The position numbers and the translations under genes are program-made. Shown in pieces: positions 1 through 12,821 of a stretch of 64,000 nt of DNA. How positions within the stretch are numbered: the first letter of the stretch is position 1; the number at the start of each line of letters is the position of its first letter. The DNA lies in NCBI GenBank assembly GCA_964276515.1, contig OZ193909.1, positions 21,204,001 to 21,268,000 of the forward strand, in the 5' to 3' direction. The notes under the pieces were generated by a model, which was given only the letters and a program-made list of their open reading frames with translations, did not search any database and had not been told where the DNA came from. The stretch is from Gordius albopunctatus (lineage: Eukaryota).

Positions 1-516
1 CCATTAAACTTAATAATACAAATATTTTTATATTTCTTGTTTGTAAATTATATTTCACATTTTTATAATCATTTCAGGCATGATTTAAAGCCAAAAAGCA
101 TTTAAATGAATTGGTAATACTTTGCCAACTTAGATGTCAAGATTAATGGCCTATTTCTAACATAAGCATTTTGAAAGAAGACAAAAAATGGGCATTACAA
201 AATTAATCTATTTAGCATATAATTATGACTTTGATTTGACCACACTCATTATATTATTCCTATTTAAATATATACTTTCTCGTTTTTACTTTGAATAAAA
301 TTTATCGATTTCTAGTTTATCTACTTGTATATTAGCAACCTGAATATTTTTTTAAACTTAATATACCAAGTTAAATGCCTTGAAGAATGGAAAAAATAAA
401 TATACCAATTTAAAGGCCTTGAAGAATAGAAAAATTTATTTATTTAATTTGTTTATCCTTGCACAAAAACATTTATACTGGCAAATAAATAGAATCAAAT
501 TATGCTCAATTTATAT

Positions 517-1556
517 TAGAGATCTGCACGTGCAGGAACGGACGGGCTTCATAATAATTTTAGCGGGTCGGACCCGGACGGGCTTATTAATTAATGAAAC
601 GGGCTCGGGTGGGCCTGAAATTATCTTAACCGGCTTGAACGGGCCTGAGATTTTATTAACGGTCATGGAATTACAAAGGTCCTTAAAAGTCAGGCAACTA
701 TAAATATATAATTTTTATTAATAATATGACTATTAATTGCTTAATTTTTTAACCTCCAATTTTTGTATATCCTGTAGCATTTATTCCTTTCGAGCGCTAA
801 ATTTGACCTTAGAACATTATTATTGTATTTGTTATAGATTTTTGTTTACATAATTTAAGATTATAACTTGGAATAATATATCCTTTTATAAGTAAGTTCA
901 ATTACTTAGTAACAATGCACCAAAATTTTTGTGTTTAATTTGATTATAAACTAATTATTATTAAGGCCATATAATTTAATAAATATTTTTGTTCTAATCT
1001 AGGTGTATTAACTGATATAAATTAATCACATCAATGTAAACTGCTTATTGAAAGTTGAATATTTTCATGTAATTTTATTAAAGTATTTTAATTTAATGGT
1101 AACAATAATTTCTAACTTCTTTGGTGTATCAACTTAATTTAATCAAATTAAAAAGTGTTGAAAGTGGAATATTCTCATCTAATTTTTTATAGTAATTTAA
1201 TGGTGGCACTATATTAAAAAACTTTACGTGTATTAACTGGGGAAATAGTTGATGATTTATTATTTTTACATCATAATCATTGATGTTTTGTTTATAAATA
1301 AATCATAAAATAAAATTATGCGAAATTTTTGATGAATTGGGCCTGGCGCGAAGTTTTAAACAAATTTGAACGGACTTGAGCAGGCCTCACGTTTTTTCAA
1401 ACGGGTACGAACGGGCCTGAAAAATTTACGGACGGGCGCAGACGGGCCTGGAGTGCTGAAAAAAAAATTACGGACGGGCTCGGACGGGCCTTGAAGTTTT
1501 GAAGACGGGCGGGCGGGCGGGCCGGCCTACTAAAAACGGCCCGTAGCAGATCTCTA
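517..1556. mobile_element. Non-autonomous hAT-type element (MITE), copy 1
   Basis: Termini TAGAGATCTGC...GCAGATCTCTA (11-bp TIR); 8-bp flanks ATTTATAT / ATTCATAT (7/8, TSD-like); subterminal ACGGGC/CGGGCC repeats; homologous in inverted orientation to 5183-6309. Confidence 0.85.
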
Positions 1557-1702
1557 ATTCATATTGAATCAGTTTTGTCAAATCTAAATATGTGAATACA
1601 TGCTTGATAATATAGACTTTAGCGTAAAAACTTCCATAGATTAATTATGAGAACTATAGGAATAATAAAATTTAAATGCCGAATCTTATACTTTATTCAA
1701 CA

Positions 1703-2498
1703 CTAGCTGTGCCCGGCGGCCAAGCGTTGCTTTGCCTCAGTCCTCAAGTGTTTAAGGAAGTATAACCTATTAATAAGACTACTTATCTAAAATGGGGTGG
1801 GCATATATGAAATGATAATAATTCAAATAAATAAAATATCCATAATATTTTTATTTAGAGCACGAATTTTATCACCTCATGCATTTTATGAACCCACTAT
1901 TTTTAGTGTCTATATATAATAAGACAAACCAAATGCGAATTCTGTTTTAGTCATCAAATCCCACTAAAATTAAATGTTTTTGGAAAAATAGCTGATCCAT
2001 GCTCTTACTTATCATACAATAATACCATTATTTTGTTTCTCTAGTTAGCTGATTTATTTGAAATACAGTTTTCTTTAATATAATAAAATAAATATAATTG
2101 AAGGATGGATAATTATTAAACATATGTTTCTATGATCGACCACGTGATAATAATTTAAATATTATTTATTTAATTTAAATAGTTTGTTAAACCCCAATAA
2201 TTTTGACCGTAGACTGTAATATTTTTATTATACTTTTAAATATCTAATTCGAAAAAACTTTAGCCTTGTATGTATGACGTCATTATTGTATATGCTGCTA
2301 TAAATTAAACTGGCCGGGAAATGTCCGATATTTTTAAAACGAAAAGGTATTTTAGGAATCTGAAAAATATATTTAACCCTTGGCCGCCCTGGGAACCAAC
2401 GGGTAAAGTTTCGCGCGAATCGAGCCGGTAGTTTCAGAATTTAGCCCTTACATACATACATAAACATATATACATACACCTTACTTTATATATATAGA
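1703..2498 (-). mobile_element. Non-autonomous Helitron (Lep1-like architecture)
   Basis: On the minus strand it starts A|TCTATATATATAAAG and ends GGGCACAGCTAG|T (5'-TC, 3'-CTAG, inserted between A and T). Subterminal hairpin GGCAAAGC-AAC-GCTTGGCC; (CATA)n microsatellite near the 5' end (~2447-2478). Confidence 0.8.
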
Positions 2499-2624
2499 TT
2501 CCTAGCCGAAACGATCATAAGGGTAAAATAATAAAACTTCAATAATTTATTAGAAGAGGTTAAATATCAAATATATGATGGCAAGAAAAAATAAATTTTT
2601 TACACATCTGGATTAATAATGTAT

Positions 2625-2931
2625 AATTATTAATGTATTTAAGGTAGCTTTTTAAAGAAATCAGCCGTCGCTGCCCGTCCTCTAAATATTCCACAAATTT
2701 TTTACTTAAACAAAAAATTGGTGTTTTTATAGCAAAGTACAATTTTAAATCCCTGGCCGACAGTTGGTCACTTTTACAAGATGACACATGCGACATTTTT
2801 GAAGCATAATATTTTTATTTTGTTTTACACCCGCTTTTATATTTTTCGAATGTTGACACTTTGTTTTTATAATGTTCTTACGTTCAAATAAACAACATAT
2901 AAATAAAAAAAATTATTAATGTATTTAAGGT
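2625..2931. repeat. Exact 21-bp direct repeat flanking a ~265-bp insert with an A-rich end
   Basis: AATTATTAATGTATTTAAGGT at 2625-2645 and 2911-2931; the insert ends in ATATAAATAAAAAA. Confidence 0.55.
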
Positions 2932-4057
2932 TAGGTTATCAATTAAATTTTCAAAAAAATTCCACAGAATAAATATTTATATATAAATTGATTTAATGAC
3001 AGTATAATATATTGATTAGAGATAGTAATAGAGGCAGAATTCAATGATAAATAGAAATAACTAAAATGACCATTCGTCAAAACGACCAAAAAACGTGCCT
3101 TAAGATGCTAATATTATTGAGTTTCAATAGTTCAATAACTTTATTACCAAAAGTCGCTAGGACAAATTAAGAGTTTAAATTGTTAACTAGCTCCAAGGGA
3201 ATTCTCTGTCGTCCTAATGTTAAGATAATAAGAGATAAGGCTCACATTTTAAAAGCCAAATCACATAAATTATGTATGGAGTCGACTTCTTGAAATATTT
3301 AAATGAATTATAGTTACCTTCAACATTCCATTGGTCATGCTGGACCCTAAATGCCTTAAAATAATGGAAATTGTGAAAGTCTGAAGTGATAGCCAGCACT
3401 ATGTCTGCACCAAGTTACCTATTAAAGCTTAATCACAACATGTGAGGTTCCAAAGCGTTGGTTGCCTATCTAATGTATCGGGTTTGACGTGTACTTTAAT
3501 AAAGTTTAAGCAACTTCCTTCACCCTCTTTGTTTAATTTTAATAGCTCCTAAAAATTTATACTTTTTTGATACAAAATATTATCCTTGTTAATCCGAATT
3601 AACTTTGCCTACGATATAATGATTTAAATACATTTTAGCTATGCTTATTATAATCCTAAATTCACATCCATAAAATTTTTGTTGAGCACACTTTCTCGTC
3701 CCGGGGGAGGGGGTGATTTGCCCCCCCCCCCGGGGTGAGAAAGGGGGTAAAAAATAAGGGGCCCCCCTCCCCCCTGGTGAGAAAGAGATTTTAGATTTGA
3801 ATAAAAAAATATCTGTACAACTACTGCCTGCTATGAATTTCAACTCCTGAGCTTCCTGCATCTTCCCCTTCGTCTGATAAATAAGGCGAGATTTGTTGGA
3901 CTTCCATAATTAAGCAATTAAATGAATGTATGTCAAAATGGTGTGTGATCTTGGCGCCAAAGAACGCCAGTTATTGTTCGATCACATTCACAATGTCCTA
4001 TTAAATTTTATATGAAAAACAGACAGCTTAATTTGTTTTAAAATTTGTAAAATTCTT

Positions 4058-4340
4058 TGAATACTTAACATAATATATTTATAAACCTAGCATATAATTA
4101 AATACTTAGCATAATTTATTTAAATACTTGGCACAATTTATTTAAATATTTAGCAATAATTTAAATGCTTAGCATATAATTTAAATACTTAGCAAAATTC
4201 ATTTAAATACTTAGCAAATGAATAAAATACTTAGCATTTGAATTTAAAACTTGGCATTAATTTAAAAACTTAGCAAACGAATTAAATAATTGGCAAATAA
4301 ATAAAATACTTAGCAATTTGAATAAAATACTTAGCAAATA
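4058..4340. repeat. Degenerate ~21-bp tandem repeat (core AAATACTTAGCA), probably a subterminal array of a Mutator/foldback-type element
   Basis: More than 10 copies of AAATACTTAGCA variants; same architecture as the AAATGCTCAGTA array at 51655-51900. Confidence 0.7.
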
Positions 4341-5182
4341 ATTTGTTGTGTTAAGTTATTAGCATTTAATGCAGAATCGATAATATCATTATAGTATTAA
4401 AGTGTCACATGATAGGAAACTATATTGTGTTCAAAAATTTAATTTAACGCTATTATAAATTTATGGTCCATTTAATTTGCTATATTTTATAGTGAATGGC
4501 TCATTTAACTTAGAGACTTATTTAATTTTATGAAAGGTTTAAGCGCTTGTGGTATTCATTTTTTGTGGGACTTTAATCCTCTAATGGATGAGCCCTAATT
4601 TATTCAAAATGATGCTTAAAAATGAAACTTGACTTTTATTTTATAAGTTTTATTTCAAATTATATTGGAGTTGCTTATATCCCTTTTTGCTAGTTACTAC
4701 AATTAAAAGCTCTGATACACCAAAGTTTGAAATTTATAATTAGTAGGGTCATCAAGAGAGATGTTAGATATGGCAAAATGGTGGGTTGGACGGTAGGTTG
4801 TTGGAAGATGCAGATTCCAATTTGGAGAGTTCTGTTGTCATTTTTAGGCAAGGCTGGTTTTAGGCGAGCCATTTAAATGTTGTGCATTATTCCCTTGTGA
4901 TTTATAACAAATTCTGTCTTAGGGTGACCCCAAGATGAGTTGGCTGTCAGTTCTTATATATACGTGAGAAGCTTTATACAAATTGAGTAATTTGTTGTTT
5001 GGTGTTCAATAGTTGGTGAGGTGTAAGGTTGATGGAGATATCATCAGAAAACGAAGATTATTAAAATTATTCTAAATTTAAAATAGGCTACTTTTTTAAA
5101 GACTTAGACTAGGCGTGGCAGTTTCTAATTGGCTTATTGGTTCGATGAGGCAGACAATGTGTAGTTACAGGGTGGTTGACAT

Positions 5183-6309
5183 TAGAGATCTGCAACGGGC
5201 CCTTTTTAGAAGGTCGGCCTGTCCGTACTCGTTTTTAAAACTTCAAGGCCCGTCCGGGCCCGCCCGTAATTTTTTTTCAACACCTCACGCCCGTCCGAGC
5301 CCTTCCGTAAATTTTTCAGGCCCGTTTGTAATCGTCTATAAAAACGTCAAGCCCGTCAAAACCCGTTCCATTTTTTAAAGAACTCCGCCCCCTCACCATG
5401 AAAATTGTAAAATCCAATACAACCTCAATACATGGCTCGATGCCAGCTCATTAATTTAATATATTTTAGCATGTAACATACACAATTATTTGGAAATAAA
5501 CTTCTATCTAAAAGAAAATATAGTACTACCATTAAATTACTTTAAAATATTTATATTCCACTTTCAACAATTTACCTTTCATTTGATTAATTTAAGTTAA
5601 TAAACGTAAGAAGTTAGAATTCAGTATTACCATTAAATTAAAAAAACTTTAATAAAATTACATGTGTGTATTCAACTTTAAATCAGAAGTCTACATTGAT
5701 TGGATCAATTTACATCAGTTAATACACCTAATTTTTAGATTCGAAAAATATATTTATTGAATTATATGGCCCTAATAATAATTATATTATTAAAATTTGA
5801 GATAGACTTAAACACAAAAATTTTGGGGCATTGTAACTAAGTATTTAAACTTACTTGTAAATTATAATTAAAAGAATATCCAAAGCTATAATCTTAAATT
5901 ATGTAAACGAAAACTATAGCTAATCGAATAATAATGTTTTAAAGTTAAATTTAGCGCTTGAAAAAGGAATGAATGCTACAGGATATACAAAAACTAGAGT
6001 TTAAAAATATAGAGCAATTAATAATCTATATATTTAAGAAAAATCATATACTTATATATTTGTCTGACTTTTAAATACCTTTGTAATTCCATGGCCGTTT
6101 ATATAATCTCTGGCTCATTCTATTCCGTTTATAAAACGCCAGGCCCGTTTAAGCCCGTTAAAAAAATCTCAGGCCCACCCGAGCCCGTTTCATTAATTAA
6201 TAAGCCGGTCCCGGCTCGGCCAGTTGAAATTTTTATGATACAAAACCCGTCCGTACCCGCCGGGCTTTTAGGCCCGTCCGCGTGCCGGGCCTACCCGTGC
6301 AAATCTCTA
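5183..6309. mobile_element. Non-autonomous hAT-type element (MITE), copy 2, inverted relative to copy 1
   Basis: Termini TAGAGATCTGCA...TGCAAATCTCTA; perfect 8-bp TSD GTTGACAT (5175-5182, 6310-6317); internal sequence is the reverse complement of 517-1556 with divergence. Confidence 0.9.
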
Positions 6310-7596
6310 GTTGACATAACAAGCCTAATTCTTAAATTGCTGGCACGGGGTCTAAATGATGACTGAAAACGTTTCGAAGAAAATCTGCTTCCTGCTGTCA
6401 AACGTTTTTGATTGTAAAATTCCTGTTGAGGCGTGTCGATGCTCAAGCTGAGATGTCGCTAGGAGGGTGGGCACTAAGCTGGTAATTCGCTCGGTGTGAT
6501 GTGTTTCCGCATTTTTATGGGCCGTTTGGGTTGGTTTAATCAGTGGTTGAGCGCTTGAGCAGATGGCGAGGATACCTGCCATATTTTTGTCCAGTTATTC
6601 AATCCATAATTGCCTTAGAATCGCATCATTCATTTTGGCATTCCCAGGGAAGGATTTGATATGTAGAAGTTGAGAAGGCGTCCGATCTCCGAGCTCGATG
6701 TTGAATAATGCTGTAGAAATTTTCTGAATCTGACTTCGTTGTACGTTCGAGGATTGCAGCCACAATTATGATGTCAGGGGTGTCATAAGGTATGTTCACT
6801 AGAGAGATCTTGAATTTCAATTGTAATATCCTAGGGGAATGATTAGATGACTTAGCCGAGTTTACTTGATTCGGATTTTTTGTGGTGAATTGAAAACAAT
6901 GTATCAATTTGGATGAGGGAGATGTGGAGATTTAAACAGTTAATGGTGTAGTTTATAAAACATTATATTTTAGTTAATTTAAAAATTCTAGACCTTGGTA
7001 TTCATTGTGGAATCAAAAATATTAAGTTTATATAATTAATTTATAAAGAAATGTAAAATAAGATCGCTTTTTGTGTACAAAGAAAAAATTCAAATTTTTA
7101 ATATGCAAGACAAATTATGGCTTAAAATGCAATATAGGTTATTAATTAACCAATCTACTTCAACATGTAAATCATATTTTGTTGCAATTGAAACTTAAGT
7201 TTACTCTAAATTTAAATGATAAAATAGGTAGTCATTGAATTATAGATGTAAGCTTAGTTATTGCAATCTAAGGTCTAGTCCTTTCCTACGCCAAATGGAG
7301 CATCGTAAGCAATTCTTCCTGAAACAAATTTGGTTATTATGCAATGTATTAGTGTTGCAAAAACGACTGACTGGTTTTTCCCAGCGTATTGCTAAGCTTA
7401 GTTCTTGGCGTTTATTTTCACCCAGCCTTTTTAGTGTTAGGTGAATTTTCTTGGGAGGGCTTTGGCGTTTTTGTAAAAAACACCCAAAGCGTTTTGGGTG
7501 AATTTTTTTGGGTGACCTTTGGCGTTTAGCTTTGGGTGTATTAAACACCCAAAGGGTTTGGGTGGATAATATTATAAACCTATTTGTTTATATTAG

Positions 7597-10483
7597 CCCC
7601 GCCCGTGCAATAAGAAAAATACACTAGGGTTACTGCCTAACTCACAACGAAGGCGGTTAAGGAAACTAGTTGTGGAAAGAATGCGAATTACGTGCTGGAA
7701 CGTGGGAACGTTGACGGGGATCGAGGTCGCACAAATGCTAACAAGAAGAAAGGTACACATCGCCTGCCTACAAGAGACGAGGTGGAACGGAACGAAAGCT
7801 CGGGAATTAGGAGAAGGATACAAGCTTTTCTACATTGGGTCATCAAATCGTAGAAATGGGGTTGGTATCGTTCTAAGCGAATTGTTCAAGAACAAGGTGG
7901 TGGAAGTAAAGCGTTGTTCCGACAGGCTAACCTGGGTGAAGATTGCAGATCAAGGGGGCCTCCTAACCCTTATGTGCGCGTATGCCCCCCCCCCCAAATT
8001 GGATGTTTGGAATCAGAGAAAGACATATTCTTCGATTCATTGGAAAAGGAAATACAAGGAATAGGACAGGAAAAAAGGCTAATTATTGGGGCAGATTTCA
8101 ACGCTCACGTAGGAAAAGATCTCCTAGAGTATGAACGCAATCATGGAGGCTATGGGCATGGTCTGAAGAACAAAGAAGGGGAAAAACTTCTCCAAGTATC
8201 TCAAGCACATGACATGGGGATCGTTAACACCTATTTTCAAAAACGCGACGATCATATTGTGACCTATAGAAGTGGGAAGCATTTTAGTCAAATTGACTAT
8301 TTGCTTATACGGCGAAAGGACTTATGGAGTATCAAGGATTGCAAAGTGATACCGGGAGAAGAAATCGCCAGGCAACATCGTCCCCTTGTTATGGATCTTG
8401 ACAGAAGAGTATTTCCCGAAAGAAGAAAGATCTATAAACCTTGAATTCGATACGAAAGGCTAAAGGATACTTCGTAGAACAAAAAATACCATCAAAAAGC
8501 CTGCTCACTCTTGGGTGCAAGGAAGTTGCAAAGGGTCGTAGACGACGATTGGGAGACGCTATCTAAGGACATTAAGGAAACAGCGATTCGTGTTCTAGAA
8601 CAGACTAAAGGAGGCAAAGCTATGAATAGGGAACTATGGTGGTGGGATCAATCGGTTAAAGATTTCATCGAAAGAAAGAAAGATCTATATATACAAAAAA
8701 ACTCGAAGGATTATCAAGAGTACATGTATGCAAAGAGGCCCGCAAAAAAGGCCGTGGCAAAAGCGAAGAATGCCGCGTACACCGAGATCGCAAATAAACT
8801 GGATCATAAAGGGGGCGATAGGCTTATGTATAAATTGGCCAAGATATGGGAGAAGAAAAGTCGCGATGTCGGAGTTCTTAAAATAGTCATAAGCGAGAAG
8901 GGTCAAACCTTATTCAAGCCGAGAGAAGTTATGGAAAGGTGGAAAGTATATTTTAAGAAACTTATGAATATTGCAAATGACAAGGATTCTCTTCCCGAAA
9001 TTGAGCCAAATATAAGTATGGTCGAACGCTTTTAGGAGGATGAAGTTAGGGCACAAATGAACAAGATTCAAAAAGGAAAAGCAAATGGTCCAGATGGAAT
9101 ACCTATGGAAGCATTGCTCGGATGTCGTGAAGAAGGAGTCACCACCATGACGAACCTCCTTAACAAGATATTGGTAGAAGAGCGAATCCCTAATCAATGG
9201 AGAGCAAGCACGATTATATCATTATTTAAAGGCAAAGGAGACCCTCAGGACTGCAGCAATTAAAGAGGTATCAAGCTAACTTGCCACTCCTTGAAGGTTT
9301 TGGAAAGGATCTTAGTAACAAGGCTGAAAAGCGAGGTGGAAATATCGGCTAATCAATTCGGATTCGTGGCCGGCAAATCCACAATCGACCCAATCTTCGC
9401 CCTAAGACAAATGATGGATAAGTATGGTGAAAAGAGGAAAGACCTATATATGGTTTTTATCGACTTGGAGAAAGCTTATGACACGGTCCCCCGCGATTTA
9501 ATATGGTGGTGCCTGAGGAAACAAAATATCCCTGACGCATATATACGGCTTATGAAAAATATTTATGAAGCTTCAAACTCTTGCCTTAAGACGATAGTTG
9601 GAGGCTCTAAACCTTTTCGAGTTAATATTGGATTACATCAAGGCTCTGCTTTAAGTCCCTTTTTATTTAATATAATTATAGACACGATAACGAGGGACAT
9701 TCAAAAGTCATCGCCATGGTGTATGCTATATGCCGATGATATATTACTATGCGAGGAAACAAGGGAGAAAGTATTGTCAAAGCGCTTAGCTGGATATGGT
9801 TTAAAGGTCAACGATCGAAAAACGGTATACATGGAAATGAACGGTACAGGCACCCCATCGCTGAATGACCATCTAAAGTACCCAAAAGTAGACAGGTTCA
9901 CATACCTCGGCTCGATGCTACATCAAGAGGGAGGTCGCGCAACGGAAGTCAATGTCCGGATCCAAAAAGGATGGCTCATATCCGGTGTAATGTGCGACAA
10001 GAAAATGCCAATATGGTTTAAGAGCAAAGCTTACAAATCCATCGTAAGACCGGTTTTACTCTATGGAATTGAAACATGGCCATTAAACACTACGGAATTA
10101 AAGCTATTACAAGCCACAGAGATGAGAATGATACGGTGGAGCTGGGGGTATACTAAGCTCGACCATATGACGAATGACTTTCTCATGACAAAAATGAGTA
10201 TTCAACCTATGGCGGACATGATTAACGAAAATCGGCTAAGGTGGTATGGGCATATACTAAGAAGGGAGACAAATGATATAGATCGAAAAGTACTGGACAT
10301 GGAAGTATAGGGGAAGAGAGGAAGAGGACGACCTCGTGTCACGTGAGGAGGGGAAATGTGGACAAAGTTGTGAAAACAAAAAAGATTAGTCAAGACATGG
10401 CGGCACTCACCCGGTCAAGATGAAAAAAAACTCATAAAAACAATCCCCACGACTGCGGGACTAAATAATTCATAAAGAAGATG
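7597..10483 (+). mobile_element. RTE-clade non-LTR retrotransposon, near full length, 5'-truncated, ORF disrupted (APE endonuclease + RT)
   Basis: ORF pieces 7672-10310 contain APE motifs (WNVGTL, LQETRW, GADFNAHVG, SQIDY) and RT motifs (FIDLEKAYD, GLHQGSALSP, YADD), broken by frameshifts and stops; short 3' UTR ending ATAAAGAAGATG. Confidence 0.95.
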
Positions 10484-10600
10484 TATAATTATTTTGATTA
10501 ATTAGGCACCAATTTAAAATATCAGGCAGGATGATGATGTAATTGCGAATTCGAAGATGCTATAATATATATATATAAAGTAAAGTCTATAGACGTAAAA

Positions 10601-10794
10601 CGAAAAGTACTGGACATGGAGGTACCGGGGAAGAGAGAAAGAGGACGACCTTGTGTCACGTGGAAAGGGCAAGTCTATAAAGTTATGGAAACTAAAGAGA
10701 TTAGTCAAGACATGGCACTTACCCGGTCAAGATGGAAGAAACTTATCAAATCAAACCCCACCAATGTGGGACCAAATAACTGATAAAGAAGAAG
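10601..10794 (+). mobile_element. Second, short 3'-terminal fragment of the same RTE family
   Basis: Re-matches 10283-10480 (CGAAAAGTACTGGACATGG...) and ends GATAAAGAAGAAG. Confidence 0.85.
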
Positions 10795-11544
10795 TTGATC
10801 ATATTTGCTGTATTTAGATTTAGGTAATGAATTGTTAATTGAAGCAAAATAAAAATAAATGTATTATGACGTAACTGAGTGGAAAATTTTCCCATTGCGA
10901 AGTCATAATGAATAGTATTATAATCTAATCTCTAGTATATTATAGTTTATTATTATGCATTATATAATCAGGTAGTGAATCAATATGTTTTATTTAAAAA
11001 AATATTTTTTAGCCACAATTTTCTGTCATGCATAACAGCTTGCAATGAGGTCTAGTTCTTACCAAGGCCAAGGGTTTGCATGTCGCGGAATATTTTGCTA
11101 ATCCAACTGTCATTTCACGTGAGGCCCCCTAAAATGAAGACATCAAAACAGGGAAAATAGACAGGAGTTAATGCCTCTCCTTCTAACTTAAAGGACTAAA
11201 AAAATCCATTTCCTTGTCATAATAATGTTATTTATGGGGGAGTTTTGCATCGTATCCAAAAACTTTTGCTTGATAATGCTTTGGGATAGAAATTCTACAA
11301 ACATATCGCAGGTTGGGTGCTATTAAAGACCAAGATTCACAACCCTATAAAAGAACTGGTAGAATCATAACTTTGAAGATTCTGAGTCGCCTAGAAAGCG
11401 TCAAATGACGGGATCTCTGGAATCATAGAGGATGAATATATGGAAAGCGAGGTTAAAATGTAACGATTTGAAGGATATCGATTATCCTCTCGCTTTTGTC
11501 ATAACTATCCTAGCACACTTTATCATAAGTCAAAATAGTTATAA

Positions 11545-11850
11545 ATGGATGAAGACATAAATATTATGCTAAAGAAGTTTGACGGTGAAATTATAAATCT
11601 GTGTGTTAATTATAATTGTAAGGTACGTGATCTAAAATTGTCAATTAAACAACGCATACAAAAATTATTAATTATTTCAAAAATTAAAAAGCACATTAAT
11701 TGGCGTTATATTTGGAAAACTTATTGGTTATACTTTAATGGGATAAAATTGACGGATGATAATAAATGCATAACAGAATTCGGAATGCACAATAATTGTT
11801 ATATTACATTTATTAAAAAGAATAAATCTAAAAATTATACAAGTTTGTAG
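11545..11850 (+). CDS. SNRNP25: U11/U12 snRNP 25 kDa protein-like (ubiquitin-like fold), intronless, 101 aa
   Basis: KKFDGEIINLCV...VRDLKLSIKQ...HINWRYIWKTYWLYFNGIKLTDDNKCITEFGMHN..ITFIKK matches the SNRNP25 pattern (K.DGE...V...TV.DLK.AI...HISW.YVW.TY.L...G.KL..D...L..YG..N...V.FIKK), recognised from memory of the family. Confidence 0.88.
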   Translation: MDEDINIMLKKFDGEIINLCVNYNCKVRDLKLSIKQRIQKLLIISKIKKHINWRYIWKTYWLYFNGIKLTDDNKCITEFGMHNNCYITFIKKNKSKNYTSL

Positions 11851-12769
11851 CTATCTTTTTAAAAAGTTTTTGCCTATATTAAATTATTACAATTTTTACT
11901 CTTAACCTCAAAATTGTTTATTTAATCAAGCTTCTCTTTCATTTATGATAACTTTTTATAACAAATTCTCATAAGTATATCAACTAATCAAGGAATAAGA
12001 TTAGTTTATATGTAAATTTGGTTCAAAAACTCCATATTTAAATAGTTTTCCAAGTTATAACTATTGTTGTCATTGAGATCATTGGAAATTATTAAAATCA
12101 TAAGTTTCATAAGATATAAATAATTTTTGTTGATGACTTTTAACAACAGCTTAAATAATAAATTTGTAAAGTTCCTGAAAATGCTTGCTATAAGATAATA
12201 TTATTCTTAAAAAAATTAGATTGAGATGGTTTTTTTCTAATTAATATTATTTAAATGTGAAATGTGTCAACCTGAAATATCTCTTACTATATGATTGCTT
12301 ATTATATAATAAAAAACACTATTGGTCTTATATATCACCCAATCAAAAATCCCAGTAAAAAATTTGAAATAAATCAAAATGTTTAAGTGGTGTCTAAAGG
12401 TAGTTTTAAATAGATGATGTAAAATTCTCCTTTAGAGCATTAATTAACATAGCAAAAAATTAGAGATGTTACTAAAAACAAATATGCTTGTTGTATTGTT
12501 AGAATACTCACTACACAACACAGGCACTTTGGTCTGAACGATAAATTAGGAAATATGGAAAAAGATTGGGTAGCCCCAAAATTATGACAAAAGGACAATC
12601 TTAAGGTTTATGGTCATCAGAAATCAGGTGTCTTACGAAAATGGGTAATCAAAGAGGGGTTAGGTCAGCATCATAACAAATCAATTCCTGCCATTGTTAC
12701 AAAAACATTGATGTATCCTTCTTTATTTGATTTGCCCTGAATATTGTTCAGTAGCTATTATTTAAATAC

Positions 12770-12821
12770 AACACTACCAGCGACCGTCCCAAGTCCGTGT
12801 GAAAAAAGTGGAGGGTTGGCG
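12770..12821 (+). ncRNA. Twister self-cleaving ribozyme core (P1 type) at the 5' end of an RTE element
   Basis: AACACTACCAGCGACCGTCCCAAGTCCGTGTGAAAAAAGTGGAGGG: P2 CACT/AGTG, T1 CCC/GGG, T2 AC/GT, P4 ACCG/CCGT (one C-C mismatch), conserved GTCCCAAG and GGAGGG, catalytic A (12770) and G (12811) positions. Confidence 0.85.

Noticed and set aside
380..703. ORFs 380-703, 5115-5378 and 6091-6366 as genes
   Set aside because: They arise from the GC-rich subterminal repeats of the MITEs.
3200..3910. Degenerate Ginger/integrase-like transposase
   Set aside because: Only faint H..IGHAG and EFNS-like remnants in broken frames; too weak to call.
4690..6907. Minus-strand ORFs flanking the second hAT MITE as a gene
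   Set aside because: Fragmented, with no recognisable motif; probably old retroelement debris, but I cannot assign it.
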